NCBI GenBank assembly: GCA_010909165.1
Contig: MU008226.1
Coordinates: forward strand, 11,530-75,529
DNA length: 64,000 nt
Source: Anthoceros angustus
Lineage: Eukaryota > Plantae > Anthocerotophyta
Direction: 5' to 3'
Shown in pieces: positions 49,223 through 62,046 of this stretch; positions within the stretch are counted from its first letter, which is position 1, and every line of letters begins with the position of its first letter. The notes below the pieces were generated by a model that saw nothing but the letters and a program-made list of their open reading frames with translations, did not search any database and had not been told where the DNA came from. A program made the translations under genes and the position numbers.

Positions 49223-52200
49223 TGATGGATCATGTGGCGACCATGATGGTGAAAGGAGAGGGAGAGGAGGAAGGTGTAACTCTCTCCCATTGAGATGAGG
49301 CTGGAGGATTTATATACCCTCCAGGGCTCCTAGGAAGCTCCGAAGCCCCTAGGAAGGAGCACAAGAAGCTTCCTAGTGATTAGCTAAACTAATGATATAG
49401 CGACACCTAACTTAGACTAAGTGTATTAGTCTAAGTACATTGAGCTTTAATACCCTTACAACCTCCCACTTAAAGGCCAATTTACCTTCGTGAAGAATGG
49501 ACTACCTCATGCCCATCGTGTCCAGAGCTTGTGCAAATTGCTCGTAGAGTCCCTTGGTAAGAATATCTGCGGGGTTACGGTGTGAACCTTGACAAGTTGT
49601 ACCCTCTTGTCGTCCAACACCTCTCGAATGAAGTGATACTTCACATCCACATGTTTAGTCTTCGCATGAAACTTTGGATTCTTTGCCAATTGGATAGCAC
49701 TCTGGCTATCACAATGCAACAGCGACTCAACCTTGATCCCCAAGTCTCCCACTAAGCAGGCAAGCCATATGGCTTCCTTGCAAGCCTCGATTCTTTTAAC
49801 ATACTCGGCCTGGTAGATAGCGTAATGCACGCAAAGAGATCGCCATCGCCCCTCCGTGCACATGAAGACATAACGATGTGGACCTCCTTTTCATCATATC
49901 CTGCATAATCGGCATCAACCACATGCATCTTCACTACCAAAACATATGCACAAAGCTTTTGTACCATTCGGATACCTCATAACTCCTTTTCGCCTCCCAA
50001 TGCTTCTTGCAGGTTTGACATAAACGCTAACCACTCCTCAAAGGCAATGTCGGGGCGTGTAGCAATCATTGCATACATCAAACTCCCTACGGTGATGAGT
50101 ATGGGACCTTCTCCATTTCGACTTTGTCCTCCTCGAGCTTGGGCAATCCGCTTGAAAGTTTCACATATGGAGGCAATGGAGTACCCAATGGCTTCCCTTC
50201 TCCATGTTGAAGCGTTGAAGCACCCTAATGTATTAAAATGCGAGACAAATAAAGCGGCGCTTATGTTCACGAATCGCATGCCAAGTATGGCTCGCCTCTC
50301 CCAAGTCTGTCATTTCAAAGTGAGCATTCAACTTTGACTTCAGAAATCTCATCAGTCTTGACAATTAGCATATCATCCACATAGAGGATCAAAATGAGCA
50401 AGCTTTGATCCTTAGCTTGCTTTTAGAGGCAATGATCCTCATCGCTCGTTTGTAGCCTTGAGAAAGCATAAATGAGTGGAACTTGTGATACCACTCTCAG
50501 TGCTGTTTCAAACCATAAAGGCTCTTCCTCAACACGAGATTCTCTTTGCCCTTCTCAACAAAACCTTGTTCTTTGCATGTAGACGTCCTCTTGAAGGTCA
50601 CCATGCAAGAATGCCGTCTTGACATCCATCATACAAGTTCCATATCATTCCAGCAGCAAGCGAACACATATAAAGTTGTCATTTTGACTCTTGGTGAGAA
50701 AATCTCATCAAAGTCAATGCAGTTGTTGCTTGAAACCCTTAGCAACCAATCGTGCCTTGTACTTTGGTTTGCCATCAGTATGACCTTCATCTTGTACACC
50801 CATTTGCAGTAGTGCCTTCTTATCCTTAAACAGAACCAACTCCCAAGTTTGGTTCTTATGCGTAATTCATTTGCATGGCCTTCTCCCACTTCTCTTTGTT
50901 ACTCATTGACATGGCCTCTTTGTAAGAAGAGGGTTCCTGTCTGTCGGCATGACATAATCCGAGATGGATCATACAGCCGGGAGGTGTAATCTGCACGACC
51001 TCGACACGAGCACCTCTATAGGGGCTTGTTCGACTCTTGGTTCATCTCTGGTGGAGGAATGTGCTCACACACATTACCACGGTTCAACGCCCATGATGAT
51101 CATGTCCATCTTCTTGGAAGATCACCCTTCACCTCCACGGTTGGAGTAGGCTTCCTGTGCATCTTGTTCTCATTGAAGAACACGTCGTCTGAACAACCTT
51201 TCTAGCCTCGGATCCCACAAAGCGGTATCCATCTCACGGAATCACCATAGCCAAGAAAAATACATTTCTTGGACTTAGGTGCCAACTTGTCCCGAAACTC
51301 TTTTGGAACATGGCGGTATGCCTCACCCAAACACTCGCGGATGCTTGTAGGATGGTTTCTTTCCGGACCATAGCTCCTCGGAACTGCTCATCATAGGAGA
51401 TCTTTTAAGATGAAACATATACGCCCAAAACCCATTAGGCAATCCGAGTTTGACAACAAACTCGCATCCTCTCCGAATGGTTACATTCATCCGCTCACAC
51501 CATTTTGTGGAGGAGATATGTGATCAATTCTCTTTTGATTCCTTGGAATCACAGAATGTGAAAGCTTTAAAACATACTCTCCACCATTATCAGACACTTC
51601 AATCGGTGGTGATTCTCTACAAGGGTGACAAATTTACGAAACGTGAACTTCATCCTTTCCTCAAAGGATAAACCCACACCTTGCGTGAAATCATCTATGA
51701 AAGTGACAAAATAGGAGGCACCGCCTAATGCGATGAGCATAGGTCCACATACATCATCCGTGAACCAACTCAAGAGGTTTACTCTACTTTTACCTTTGTT
51801 CGATGTGATGATTTTATGCATTTCCCATATAAGCAGTGCTCACACATCGAGAGATCGGAAGTTAAACGAGGATATAACGAGCGAGATAAAACCTTCATTC
51901 CCGAGACATATGTCCTAAGCAATGCCACAAGGAAACATTTGGTGCTCTTACCATCACATGATCTTTGGCGGTGTTTACACGAAGTGAGTACAAAGTGCCA
52001 CACGATCCACGAGCTAACACAAGAGAACCTTTGGAGATCTTCCAAGAGTGATCCCAAACCAGGTGGTAACCAACATCATCCAAGCATCTGCGCTAATCTC
52101 TTTTATCAACTTGAACATGCCTAACGCTTGACATGAATGAAGATCCGTTGTCAAACTTGAGTTGCACATCACCTACGCTGCGATCGGCATGCGTAGTTAT

Positions 52201-53986
52201 TTCAAGCCTAACGCATCCTTTCCTTGTAGCATCATCGTGCTAAACCACTCTCTATGAGGAGTAACATGGAAAGATGCAGTCAATTATCCAATTGCGGAAT
52301 AAATGACTATCCACGGTATTAATTGTGCAAGTAAGAAGAGATAAGGACATCTCCGTCCTCAACAAGTTTAACTCTTCCAACCTTGATAGCTTCTTGTCGT
52401 CACGCTTCTTCTCTTTTCCTTGGTCCTTTTGAACTTCGCACTCTCTTTTGAAGTGACCCCTTTTGTGACAATAGTGACACTCCACATTCTTACGACTACG
52501 AGATTTGCTACGAGAAAGCTTACGTCGGTTGCTTCCCTGGACCTCCCTCTCACTATGAGGGCCTTTGGAACCTTTGGAAGGTTCCATGTTTTCTGTTCAC
52601 CTCCTCGGTTAACGCTACCTTCTACATTTACAATGGTAAGACCACTAGCAGGGGCAGAATTACTCGAGGTGTACGAAAGGTGTCCCAACTCTCTGGTAAT
52701 GTGACCAACAGAAACATAGCTCTCACGGAATCTGGGAATGTGATACCTTGAGATGAGAGCTGGCTGAAAATGGTATTGAAATCATTCAGATGATCGGACA
52801 TCCTCGTCCCTTCCTTCATCTTCAAGTCCACCAGCTGTTTCAACCAATACACGAAGCCGCACTTTGCTTCTCATACAGTCACTGCAACACACGCATCGTA
52901 ACTTGTGGTCTTATCTTTCACATTGAAGTACCTTTGTTTTGACAATGTTAGCATGATAGTAGATCTAGCAAGCTCATCCAGTCACCACTCATCACATGTC
53001 ATACTATCGGTTTGGCCCTAACAACTTTATGGGCTTGATGCTTTTTACGCACTAGAACATTATACACTTGTTCTTTCGAGCGGGAAGTTAGTACCATCTA
53101 ACTCGATATTGAACATGGCGTTTTCGATGATGAAGACATCATGATTCAAAAATCGTCCGGATAAACACTCGACTCGCCTTGTCGAGAAAAGTCAAAAAAG
53201 AAAAATCCATGCGGCGTGTATTCGTTGACGTTCCAGTATTCGCGAATATTTTGGTGAATTTTACCTCCGCGGCGTTCGACACCGCACTTTGTGCGGGTTC
53301 TTGGGCGCCCGCGGCGCTCGCCCCGCTGCCTCGCGGCTCGCCCGCCTTGCCTCGCGCCACGCGCCCAGCGCCTGGCGCTCCGCGCGGCCCGCCCGCGGCC
53401 TTCACGGCCCGCGCCCGCGGCCAGCGCCCGCCGGCGTGCGCCCGCGGCTGCGTGCGCCGCGCCTGCTGCTTGGCGCCTCGCCCGCGCCATGCCGCCGCGC
53501 CAGCGGCGCCGCACCCAGCCCGGCGGCGCGCGCCCGCGCCTCCCAGCTGGCCGCGTGCCGCGGCGGCTGGCGTCGGCGCCCGCCTTGACTCGCGCGGCCT
53601 CGCCGCTGGCGGCCTTGCGCGGACCTCGCCCGGCTCCGCGCGCTCGCGGCTGCGGCGTTCGCGCTCGCGATATGGATCACCAATTCCACGGCTGCTGCCG
53701 ACCCTAGAAAATTCTAGCATCACAACACAACCAAACCAAAGCTCGATGCGGTTGAAGGATCGTGTGGCGGATGGTGGAAAGAGGAGAGAGAGGAGGAGGA
53801 GCAAGTGTAACTCTCTCATTGAGATGAGGCTGGGGTATTTATACCCTCAGGCTCCTAGGAAGCTCCACAAGAAGCCCCTAGGAAGGAGCACAAGCTTCCT
53901 AGTGATTAGCTTGATACTAATGATATGGCGACCTAACTTAGACTAAGTGTATTAGTCTAAGTACATTGAGCTTTAATACCCTTACA
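49223..53986 (-). mobile_element. Full-length Ty1/copia element (~4.76 kb), LTRs 49223-49460 and 53753-53986
   Basis: LTR pair starting TGTAAGGG; PPT AAGTGGGAGGT; degenerate Met PBS ~53741-53752; TSD AGGGG/AGGGC; gag LLVTLPESWD, CHYCHKRGHFKREC; INT DVCGPM..YFVTFIDDFT; RH EAIWL..CDSQSAIQLAKNPKFHAKTKHVDVKYHFIRE. Confidence 0.93.
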
Positions 53987-54479
53987 AGGGCGTGGATCTG
54001 ACCATCGGGGCATAATATGACCCATGTTTGCTTACCATAATGTAACGGGCGACAAAGGGGCAGCGTTGTTGAGGTATAGTCTAAATAAACAAGGTCTTTT
54101 GAAGACATTGCAGGCAATCTTCACAGTCATCATTGGAAAAGAATGGTGCTTCTTTTCCAACCGTCCGTCTAGAACCCCTAGTCTGTTGTTTTTGTCAAGA
54201 ACGGGCCGTTCAGGGCGCCGGTGGGCCGGCGCCTTGAACTATCGGGTTCCCACGATGTAGGATTTATGCGTGGGTATGGATGGGTTTCATATTGTCTGAC
54301 GAACAACATGCAGAGTACATAGGACTGGTGCGGAAAAGGGTTTCCACTGTCCTAGAGGTTGGTCAAAAATGGCAGGGCGCCGGCTGTCCGGCGTCCTTGC
54401 ATATGTCCATGTCGCCGACACTGCATCCTACGGCCAGGAGAAGTGACTCCTACTTGTTCACCTTCCACTCACCGTAGGA

Positions 54480-54781
54480 TAGTACCAAAAGGTCATTCCC
54501 TATCACTAACGCGAGCTCCCCACTTTGACCCTAACACATGGCGGTCACCACAAGTGGACAGTCAGTAAATAAACCCTCTTGTCTCCCGATGTCCAACGCT
54601 GATTGCCTCCACTTCATAAACCTTTTCACTCATCTCCCGAATTGACACCTTCCTCGTCCAAGGGCCCGATGTCCTCAACGTCATCGTCCGGCATCTTCTG
54701 CGCACTGGGTGGGCCGATGAAGCCCGCAATTCATTCAACTTATCCTGATCGCCTTTTGTCAATAATACGGATGTTTTACGG
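54480..54781 (-). pseudogene. C-terminal part of the Sola/DUF7869-like ORF (acidic linker and chromodomain-like start)
   Basis: KTSVLLTKGDQDKLNELR continues in frame from YYGFSLNSR at 60974 once the copia is removed; VYEVEAISVGHRETRG. Confidence 0.5.
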
Positions 54782-57700
54782 TGTGGAGATACCTCATGCA
54801 TCTAGCAAGAAAGGCCAAGATGCAGGCATGGAGCAATGGAAATAAAACAATGTGTATTTAATAATGAGCAGAAAAATGTTATATACAAAAGTAGCCTAAT
54901 AACCCTAAATAGCATAACCTAAAAGTAAGTGGGATATTTAACCGTCGTGGTTATTAATCCAACACTCCCACTTAACCTCGACGGGTTAAAACCAGTATAA
55001 AGTCCACCAAAATAAGTTCTGGTCAGCACCCCATCCGGGTACTGATCGGCACCTGGCCGCTTAACTGCAGAGTTTCGATATGAAGCCCGCTACAAGCCAC
55101 GCTCCCGCTTTTCCTTGCACTATGTCTACCAAAATACATTTATAACAAAGCCATTGCGAGATTCAGATAAACACGGCATAAACACGGCTCCGCGCGAACA
55201 CAGCTGTTACCAAAAGTTGCGATCTTCACATCGCTGGTGGCGCCGCGACCTGAATTTCTTCACAAACATGGTGCAACTTGAAAGCGTGGGTTTTCTAGCC
55301 AAGGGCACTCGAGTGCGGATCTCGTGAAAAATCTCAAGGCTCCTGCAAATCTGCAGTACCAGAAAAATCTGGCCAACCACGGCACCTGTTGTCGGACTTA
55401 GCTAGGGCTGATGGCAAGTGCAAGGATTCGAGTTCTTTGGAAGAGGCGAGGGCTCGTCTTCTTGAACTCATGCCAAGTGGAGACACGGGTGGAGGAAAGG
55501 GAAGATGATAGGCGGTGGAGGAGTATAGAGAAATGTTGAGGGAACTCAAACTCGGGGCCTATACACCGTGAAGCGAAACGAAGGACATTAAGGTGAGCAT
55601 CTCGTGATAGCAATCTCCATGTCACGATTAGGTAATTGTGAGGCTTCATTGAAAACATGGAGGCGATGGTGACTAACCTAGATGGTGCTCCCACTGCGGT
55701 GAACAAGACAACCAAGGCGAAAAAGGATCACGGTGGAGACTAGTTACATTGCAAATTCGTGGGTCACCATGTAAGCATTCAATCAGCGTAAAATACTTGC
55801 TGAAATCTACGAGACCTAAACCCTCTACATGTGTCGATGTTTGTGTTTGGGCGGTGGTTTAGTGAGGACATCGTGTATTTCCGTCGGTGTGGATATAAGC
55901 AGGTGACAATTCCCCTAGCCTTGACATCCCTAACGTAGTGATGTGCAATTTCTATATGTTTCGTTCTAGCGTGAAATCTAGGGCGATCAACAAGGGCTAG
56001 GGCGATTGATTATCACGGCGGTGTAGTAGGAGTAGCTGCTCACGATTAGCGAGGAGAGGAAAGAGCGTGCCCATTGACTTCTTTCGCGGCATCGGTGAGA
56101 CATTTATATTCTTGATGCTTGAGAGAACGTCTTTGTTTCTGACTCCATGTACGTGCGAGATAAGAAGAAGACATATAGACAAGCTCTTGCGTGTGTCCCC
56201 ATCGGATGCCAGTCGGCATCGAAAGGGCGACAAGGTGTTCTCTGTTCTTTTGTAGCATAGTCCATAATTATGTGTCCCTTTAAATAACGAAATACTCGTT
56301 TGATGGCGATCCAGTGATTACGGCCGGGGATCCAGTGAGAGGCGTGTTCACATATGTGATGTCCGGCCAGTCCGATTACTTACAAACAATAAGGCCCATG
56401 CGTGCGGTATGGGACATCTTTCATGTCGCAATGTCAGCAGCAGAACGGATGTCATCCTTGGTGAGCTTCACTCCACTTGCACAAGGTGTGTTAGCGGGAT
56501 GTACCTTTAATCATCCATGTTAAAAGCGTTGGAGAATTTAAAATGTATTTACGTTGATGGATGATGATCAAACCCTCCGCGTACTCTCAATACTTGTATA
56601 CCCAGACAATTTGCTCCCTACATCATCATTTCAAATTGCATTGGTAACATGTCTTGAACTCGTGCTAACAAGTGGTATCATTTCCGGCAAATATGGCATC
56701 ATCAACGTAAGCGAAGAACATAAGAGGTGCCATCATCATAGATGTAAGCGAAGGATCTGCGGGGCTTTGTAAAATCCAAGGCCCCTTAGGCGGTATCCGG
56801 TCTTGCATTCCACCGTTACGCACTTTGTTTAAGACCATAAATACATAATCGGTGACCATAGTGCGGATGATCGGTCTTCATAGCCTTGCATTCCATATAC
56901 AATTCTTCTTGAGTATCCCATGTAAGAAGGCCGTTTTACATCCATTTGCTGCAATTCTAAATCACGTTCGCTAAAGCAAGCATGAGGCGAATTGATTGAG
57001 AGCGCGGAGAAAATGTCTCCTGGAAATCCAGACCAGGTATTTGTGTGAATCCACGTGCGCAGAGCCTTGCTTTATAACGTGCTATGTTACCATCAGCACC
57101 TAACTTATGCTTGAATACCCATTTGCAGGTTATTGGTTTGCGCCCCTTAGGACGAGGAACAAGTTTCCAGGTACCATTTTTCATAAGACTGTTGAATTCA
57201 TCATCCACATGCCTCCACTTATCTCTATCAGACCGAAAATGCTTCTTTGAGAGTGACAGCTCGGGAGGGATGATGGGCAAAGAGGCATTGTGACGGATGG
57301 GATCAGACTCCCACCGACTTACAGTCAATAGATGTGTAACGGGCTCTAGCCATTCGAGGAGGGCGATGAGCACGTGTAGACCTCTCTGTTCATGTGTAAT
57401 ATCGGTGGGGTAATGTCTCTTCTTCACCGGAAGAATCGAAGCTTGGGAAGCTCGGGTTCGAGTTCGATTCTACTGTGCTTGGATTGTGGGGAGGCTCATG
57501 ATCCGAATTTTCAGCATTGTCATGTGTGTTACGCATCGGGCTCGCATCTAGTGGAGTATCGGAGGAGCGGTGGGAGATGACACCAGATCGACCTCACCGT
57601 CAACATCATCTGGATACTCACCGAATTTTCGAATACAATTCGTAACCCCAAAAGTGCACGTAAATAAGGAGAATCGGTGATGATGGAACCAAATGCTCAA

Positions 57701-60700
57701 TAAAGGTAACACTACGGGCTACCACCGGCTGCATATTTGCATATCAAGAAGCTTGTAGCCCTTAGTCACTTCGTAGCCTACAAATACAAGTTGTCTCGGC
57801 GATTGTCAAGCTTACGTCTCTTCTGCGCACATAAGCAAAGGCCCGAGAACCAAATATGCGAAGATGTAAAAGACTTGGCTTTCTATTCCAAAAGAGCTGA
57901 AAAGGTGTGCCACCAGAAGCGAGCGAGAGGTAAGGCGGTTCAAAATGTAGGTTCTTTGTGACAACGACCTCATTAAAGGATTGGGCGGGACCATAAAAGC
58001 ATGGGCGCGTCATCCCCATCGTAGTCTGGTTTCTTCTTTCCGCCACGCGTTACTGCGTGTATGGAACTATCGGTGATGAATAATGCCTTGTGTTTCCGTG
58101 AAATGCTCAAAGGCGAGCTTGTAAATTCCCCTCCGTTGTCGGTGGAACATCTTCAAGATACGACCATGCCTTTGAACAACCAACAATGCCCGGTCTTGAA
58201 ATATCGAAAGGTGTCACTCTTATGCTCCATAGGGTAGGTCCATGTATATCGCTATAGTCATCGGTGAGTAAAATAATATAATGCTCCACCAAGGGATTGT
58301 TCTTGAAGTCTCCCGATGGCATGTACTAACTCGAGGCCAGTGGATCGAAATGCGAATTGTAGGAAAAGGAGTCTCCATTTGTTTTGCCAAAGCACAAACT
58401 TCATATGGCGGATCTTTGAAGCTTGAGGAAGGGCTCTGTGAGCTGATAAGTCAACAAGTTTAGAACGGTTTGCATGCCCAAGGCGGGCATGCCAAAATGA
58501 CTTCGAAATTGTCAAGGGACCAACAAATGGAATTTGCTTGTTCACGGATACAAGAGATATCCGACGATACAATTACGAATCTATGACTTTGAAAATACAG
58601 AGAAGGTGAGCTACGACGAGCAAAGCAACATGTGGTTTAAACGTAAGTATGAGGTCCTTCATCCATTATCTTACTAAGTGACATTAAATTTTTAGCCATC
58701 TTAGGAACATAAAGAACATCCGGTAGAACTAAGGCGGTATCATCATGAAGTGGGAACTTACGATGCCTTTACCATGTATGTGCAGCTGCTGGGGATTCAT
58801 CACCTAAAACACTCGTTAAATAGTGGTAAGAGTCAAGCTAGTGAATTGAAGCTCATCACGACATATGTGGCGGTGGCTTATCAAGGTATGTCTACCTCAC
58901 TCGTTTGAGTGCTCGGATCATTAATATTTTCTACGGTTTGCTTGAGAGGTTGAAACCTTCTCTTTGATTGTGATGTGGCGGTCTGTAGGTCGAGGTGTTG
59001 CCACGAGGCTCCCGGCCTTTTTCTTCACTCTCTCGGCCCGGTGCCGAGTCCCACACCAATTGCGTTACCTTGTCTCCTTGATGCGGAAGGTTGAGCGGCA
59101 TTGCGGCGGTGGTTGACCTCTCCCTCCTCATGTTGAATCGACCTCCTCTTGTCGCGAAAAACTTTGTCGGTTTAGAACGGTATGTTGTCCCCTTGATGAC
59201 ATTTGGCGGCTCATTTCCTCTTGATATAGAGCCCCAATAACAGTGAGCTTGACACTCGCCGGCTCGAATGGGACCATTTTGTGTGGTGACAAATGTCAAT
59301 GGCGGGAGGCGGTGGTGAGAAGGCGTGCTACCGCATCCACCTCTTGCATAGTTGTGCCAAGAGCAGCCATTTGAGCACGCAAGTGCCTAAACCGACTAGT
59401 GAATGTAATCTCCTTCCTTCATGCAAGGTATAAAATTGCTGCGATAAGCTCATCATTGTTTCAACTTTGTAAGTTCAAGTGATCCCAAATTGCTTTTGCA
59501 TTGGTAAGGAACTCAATTTGGGGACAAGATCGGACTCAAGCCCATTGACTAGGAGGGCTACAGCAATTCTGTTGAGTTATCCCATGCATCTTTCTTTTTG
59601 AGTAAGCGGTAGCTCCTGCTGTTGTAGGATTAGAAGGAGTGCCGGATGCGGGTTTGTCCCATCAACTACATCCCGGACTCCACGAGCAAGTAAAGTGGAT
59701 TTCATCCCGACACTCCAAATATCAAACGCGTGCCATTAAATCTATCGTGCTCTTGAGATCGAGGTAAAAGTAGGTGACATGGTATGCGTGTGGTAGCTAC
59801 ATGCATAAAAGATGGAGGCGGCAAAGACTAACTAACAAGGAAGCGTAACTAATGCAGAAATGAATAGTAACCATTCAAATCTTAGTGTGTAACTATCAAG
59901 ATACGAAACGTGCCTAAAAATAAATATAAACTAGGGCTAAAGGGAGGCGATTGGGATTCAGAACATGAAGGGAAAGTGACATACTCAGTGTAACCGTCTC
60001 TTCATATCGCAATCAGCGTGGAGCAATTGAGCGGTCTGACAATCCGACAACAAATCCCTAATTGCAACTCCTCTCCTTGCGGCGGAAACAAATCACGGGA
60101 TCGTGATAGGTGGGCAACAATGCCCAAGATTTAGATTCTCCGCAATGGATGGCTTGTCTGTCATTTTCTCAAGGGAAGGCAAATTAGAAACCCCAAGAAG
60201 AATGAGCAGTGATTGTCAATTCTTGCAAATAACGAAAACACTTCTTGCGCAATTAAGTGCACGTTGCAGCGCTTCTCTTGCTCATGCAAAGCCTCTAGAA
60301 AAATGTCCTCTTGCACGCAATTGAGCCACACATTTTCAATCCGATTACAATGAGATTCTACAAGAGAATGGATATCCTCATGTGCGGATTTTCGAATCAA
60401 AATCTTCGCCTTCTATAGCATCATCAAGAAACTCCAAATTAGATCAGCCTTTTATTGTCTAAATGCTGATATTTAGATTGTGTTTTAAATTGATTCTTGG
60501 TCACTTGTTTGGAGTGACTTCCACAAGCTGAACTTCTTGATGTCTATTTAATCTTTGCTCTGTTTAAAATTATGGAGCCTTCTTTGCTCTTCTTGCCTCT
60601 TCCGATCGCGGATTATTTCTCGATAATTATCGAGAAAATCGCAATCCAGGCGACTTGGGAGTGGGTGGAGAGATTAGTGGTCCTGGTGCCTTGAAGGAAA

Positions 60701-60973
60701 TTCACCACGCGAGAACACACGTTCTCCACGACCACGAGGCATTGCAAGATACAAAGGATTCGAGACACCATCAAGGTGCTCGATACCATGTGGAGATACC
60801 TCATGCATCTAGCAAGAAAGGCCGACGCGAGAGGCATGCGAGCAATGGAAATAAAACAATGTGTATTTAATAATGAGCAGAAAAATGTTATATACAAAAG
60901 TAGCCTAATAACCCTAAATAGCATAACCTAAAAGTAAGTGGGATATTTAACCGTCGTGGTTATTAATCCAACA
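54782..60973 (-). mobile_element. Full-length Ty1/copia element (~6.2 kb), LTRs 54782-54964 and 60789-60973
   Basis: Near-identical ~185-bp LTRs (TGTTGG...CACA); PBS TGGTATCGAGC 60778-60788; PPT 54965-54979; TSD ACGG(G); INT FWHARLGH; RT GTWKLVPRPKGRKPITCKWVFK...YKARLCARGFTQIPGLDFQETFSP. Confidence 0.95.
55021..55085 (-). promoter_or_regulatory. 5S rRNA-derived core (A box, IE, C box) in the copia 3' UTR
   Basis: Minus strand atcgAAACTCtGCAGTTAAGCGgccaggtgccgatcAGTACccGGATGGGgtgctgacc versus plant 5S AGAACTCCGCAGTTAAGCGTGC...AGTACTAGGATGGGTGACC; not a full 5S gene. Confidence 0.75.
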
Positions 60974-62033
60974 ACGGGAATTCAAACTGAACCCATAATA
61001 CAGGATGACAGTTTTATTGATGAAGACTTCTTGAATATTCTTCGGGAAATTCGCCTTCCCACCCTTTTTCCTTCCAATCCCGGTATCGATGGATGGGACT
61101 CGAATCACATATTCTTCCACGTATCTGCCTTCATATGCATCTGTGCTCGATCTTGTACCGATGAACCGAGCGAGGCTCTTCCACATCAACCTCAGTTAAC
61201 TTTCCCAACCCAAGGCCGATTATGCGTATCGCTGGTGCAAGGTACTGCGATGAACATCCCTTCCTTTATGTCTTTTACATCTCCATTCAAACGCGCCATT
61301 TCCTGCTGCTGCCTTCCCAACTATCGGTAAGCCCCCAAGTACATATCCCGTTGGGGGAGTTCTCTTAGCAACGCCTCCTCAAGGATAGCTTCATCGGGAA
61401 CTTGGAGTGGTTGTGCTGTGTCTTCCGATTCTGCCCGAGAGAACCATTTCCACGGCTCTTCTAGTGCGAGCCCAATATTGTTCTCCACGATAACTGCAAT
61501 TTCTTCTTGGTCCACCTGATGCTTCCCACCATCCATAATCTTTCCCGGTCACATATGGCGCTCGGCAGGTCCACAAATGTGCTACTCCTTCCGTCGGAGA
61601 TAACCCTGCCGACGTCCCTTTCTTGTCTCGAGCTAGAAACCGGCGTATCTTGACTATTATATCGTTGGAGGGGACAAATTTCAAAAACTCCAACCCGGCT
61701 TCGGTTTCTTAGTACATCGATGTGGAATATTGCTTGCTCCTAATTACTGTCACAAGCCCACGGTCTGGTTTCTCTTCTCTGGTGATTTTAAGCTGGTCGG
61801 AATGATAAGTTGTTCAATTTTCTTACCGATGAATATGCCTGGCGACCATCGCCTTGTCTAATCGGCCATACATATGACCGGAAGTCCGGGACCTCCTTCA
61901 AAACTTTGATCTCCGGTATAGGCGTGTATGCATGAACCCGTATGTCCGACAACGCGGGAAGAGTGTGTGCCTCCTTGTGCTTCAAGCTTTTGGAAAAGCA
62001 GGAGAACATCTGGTCGATTTGGTCGTGAGTGTG
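60974..62033 (-). pseudogene. Sola/DUF7869-like DDE transposase relic
   Basis: HTHDQIDQMFSCFSKSLKHKEAHTLPAL resembles the (G)HTHEDIDQxFS motif; further frameshifted coding segments downstream. Confidence 0.55.
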
Positions 62034-62046
62034 TAATGATATACAA

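Noticed and set aside
53139-53946. Long ORFs (122-255 aa) on both strands as genes
   Set aside because: Ala/Arg/Pro/Gly low-complexity products of a GC-rich copia leader and LTR; open in several frames.
55021-55110. Functional 5S rRNA gene
   Set aside because: Only the central ~60 nt match; the 5' and 3' helix-I strands are missing and there is no tandem array.
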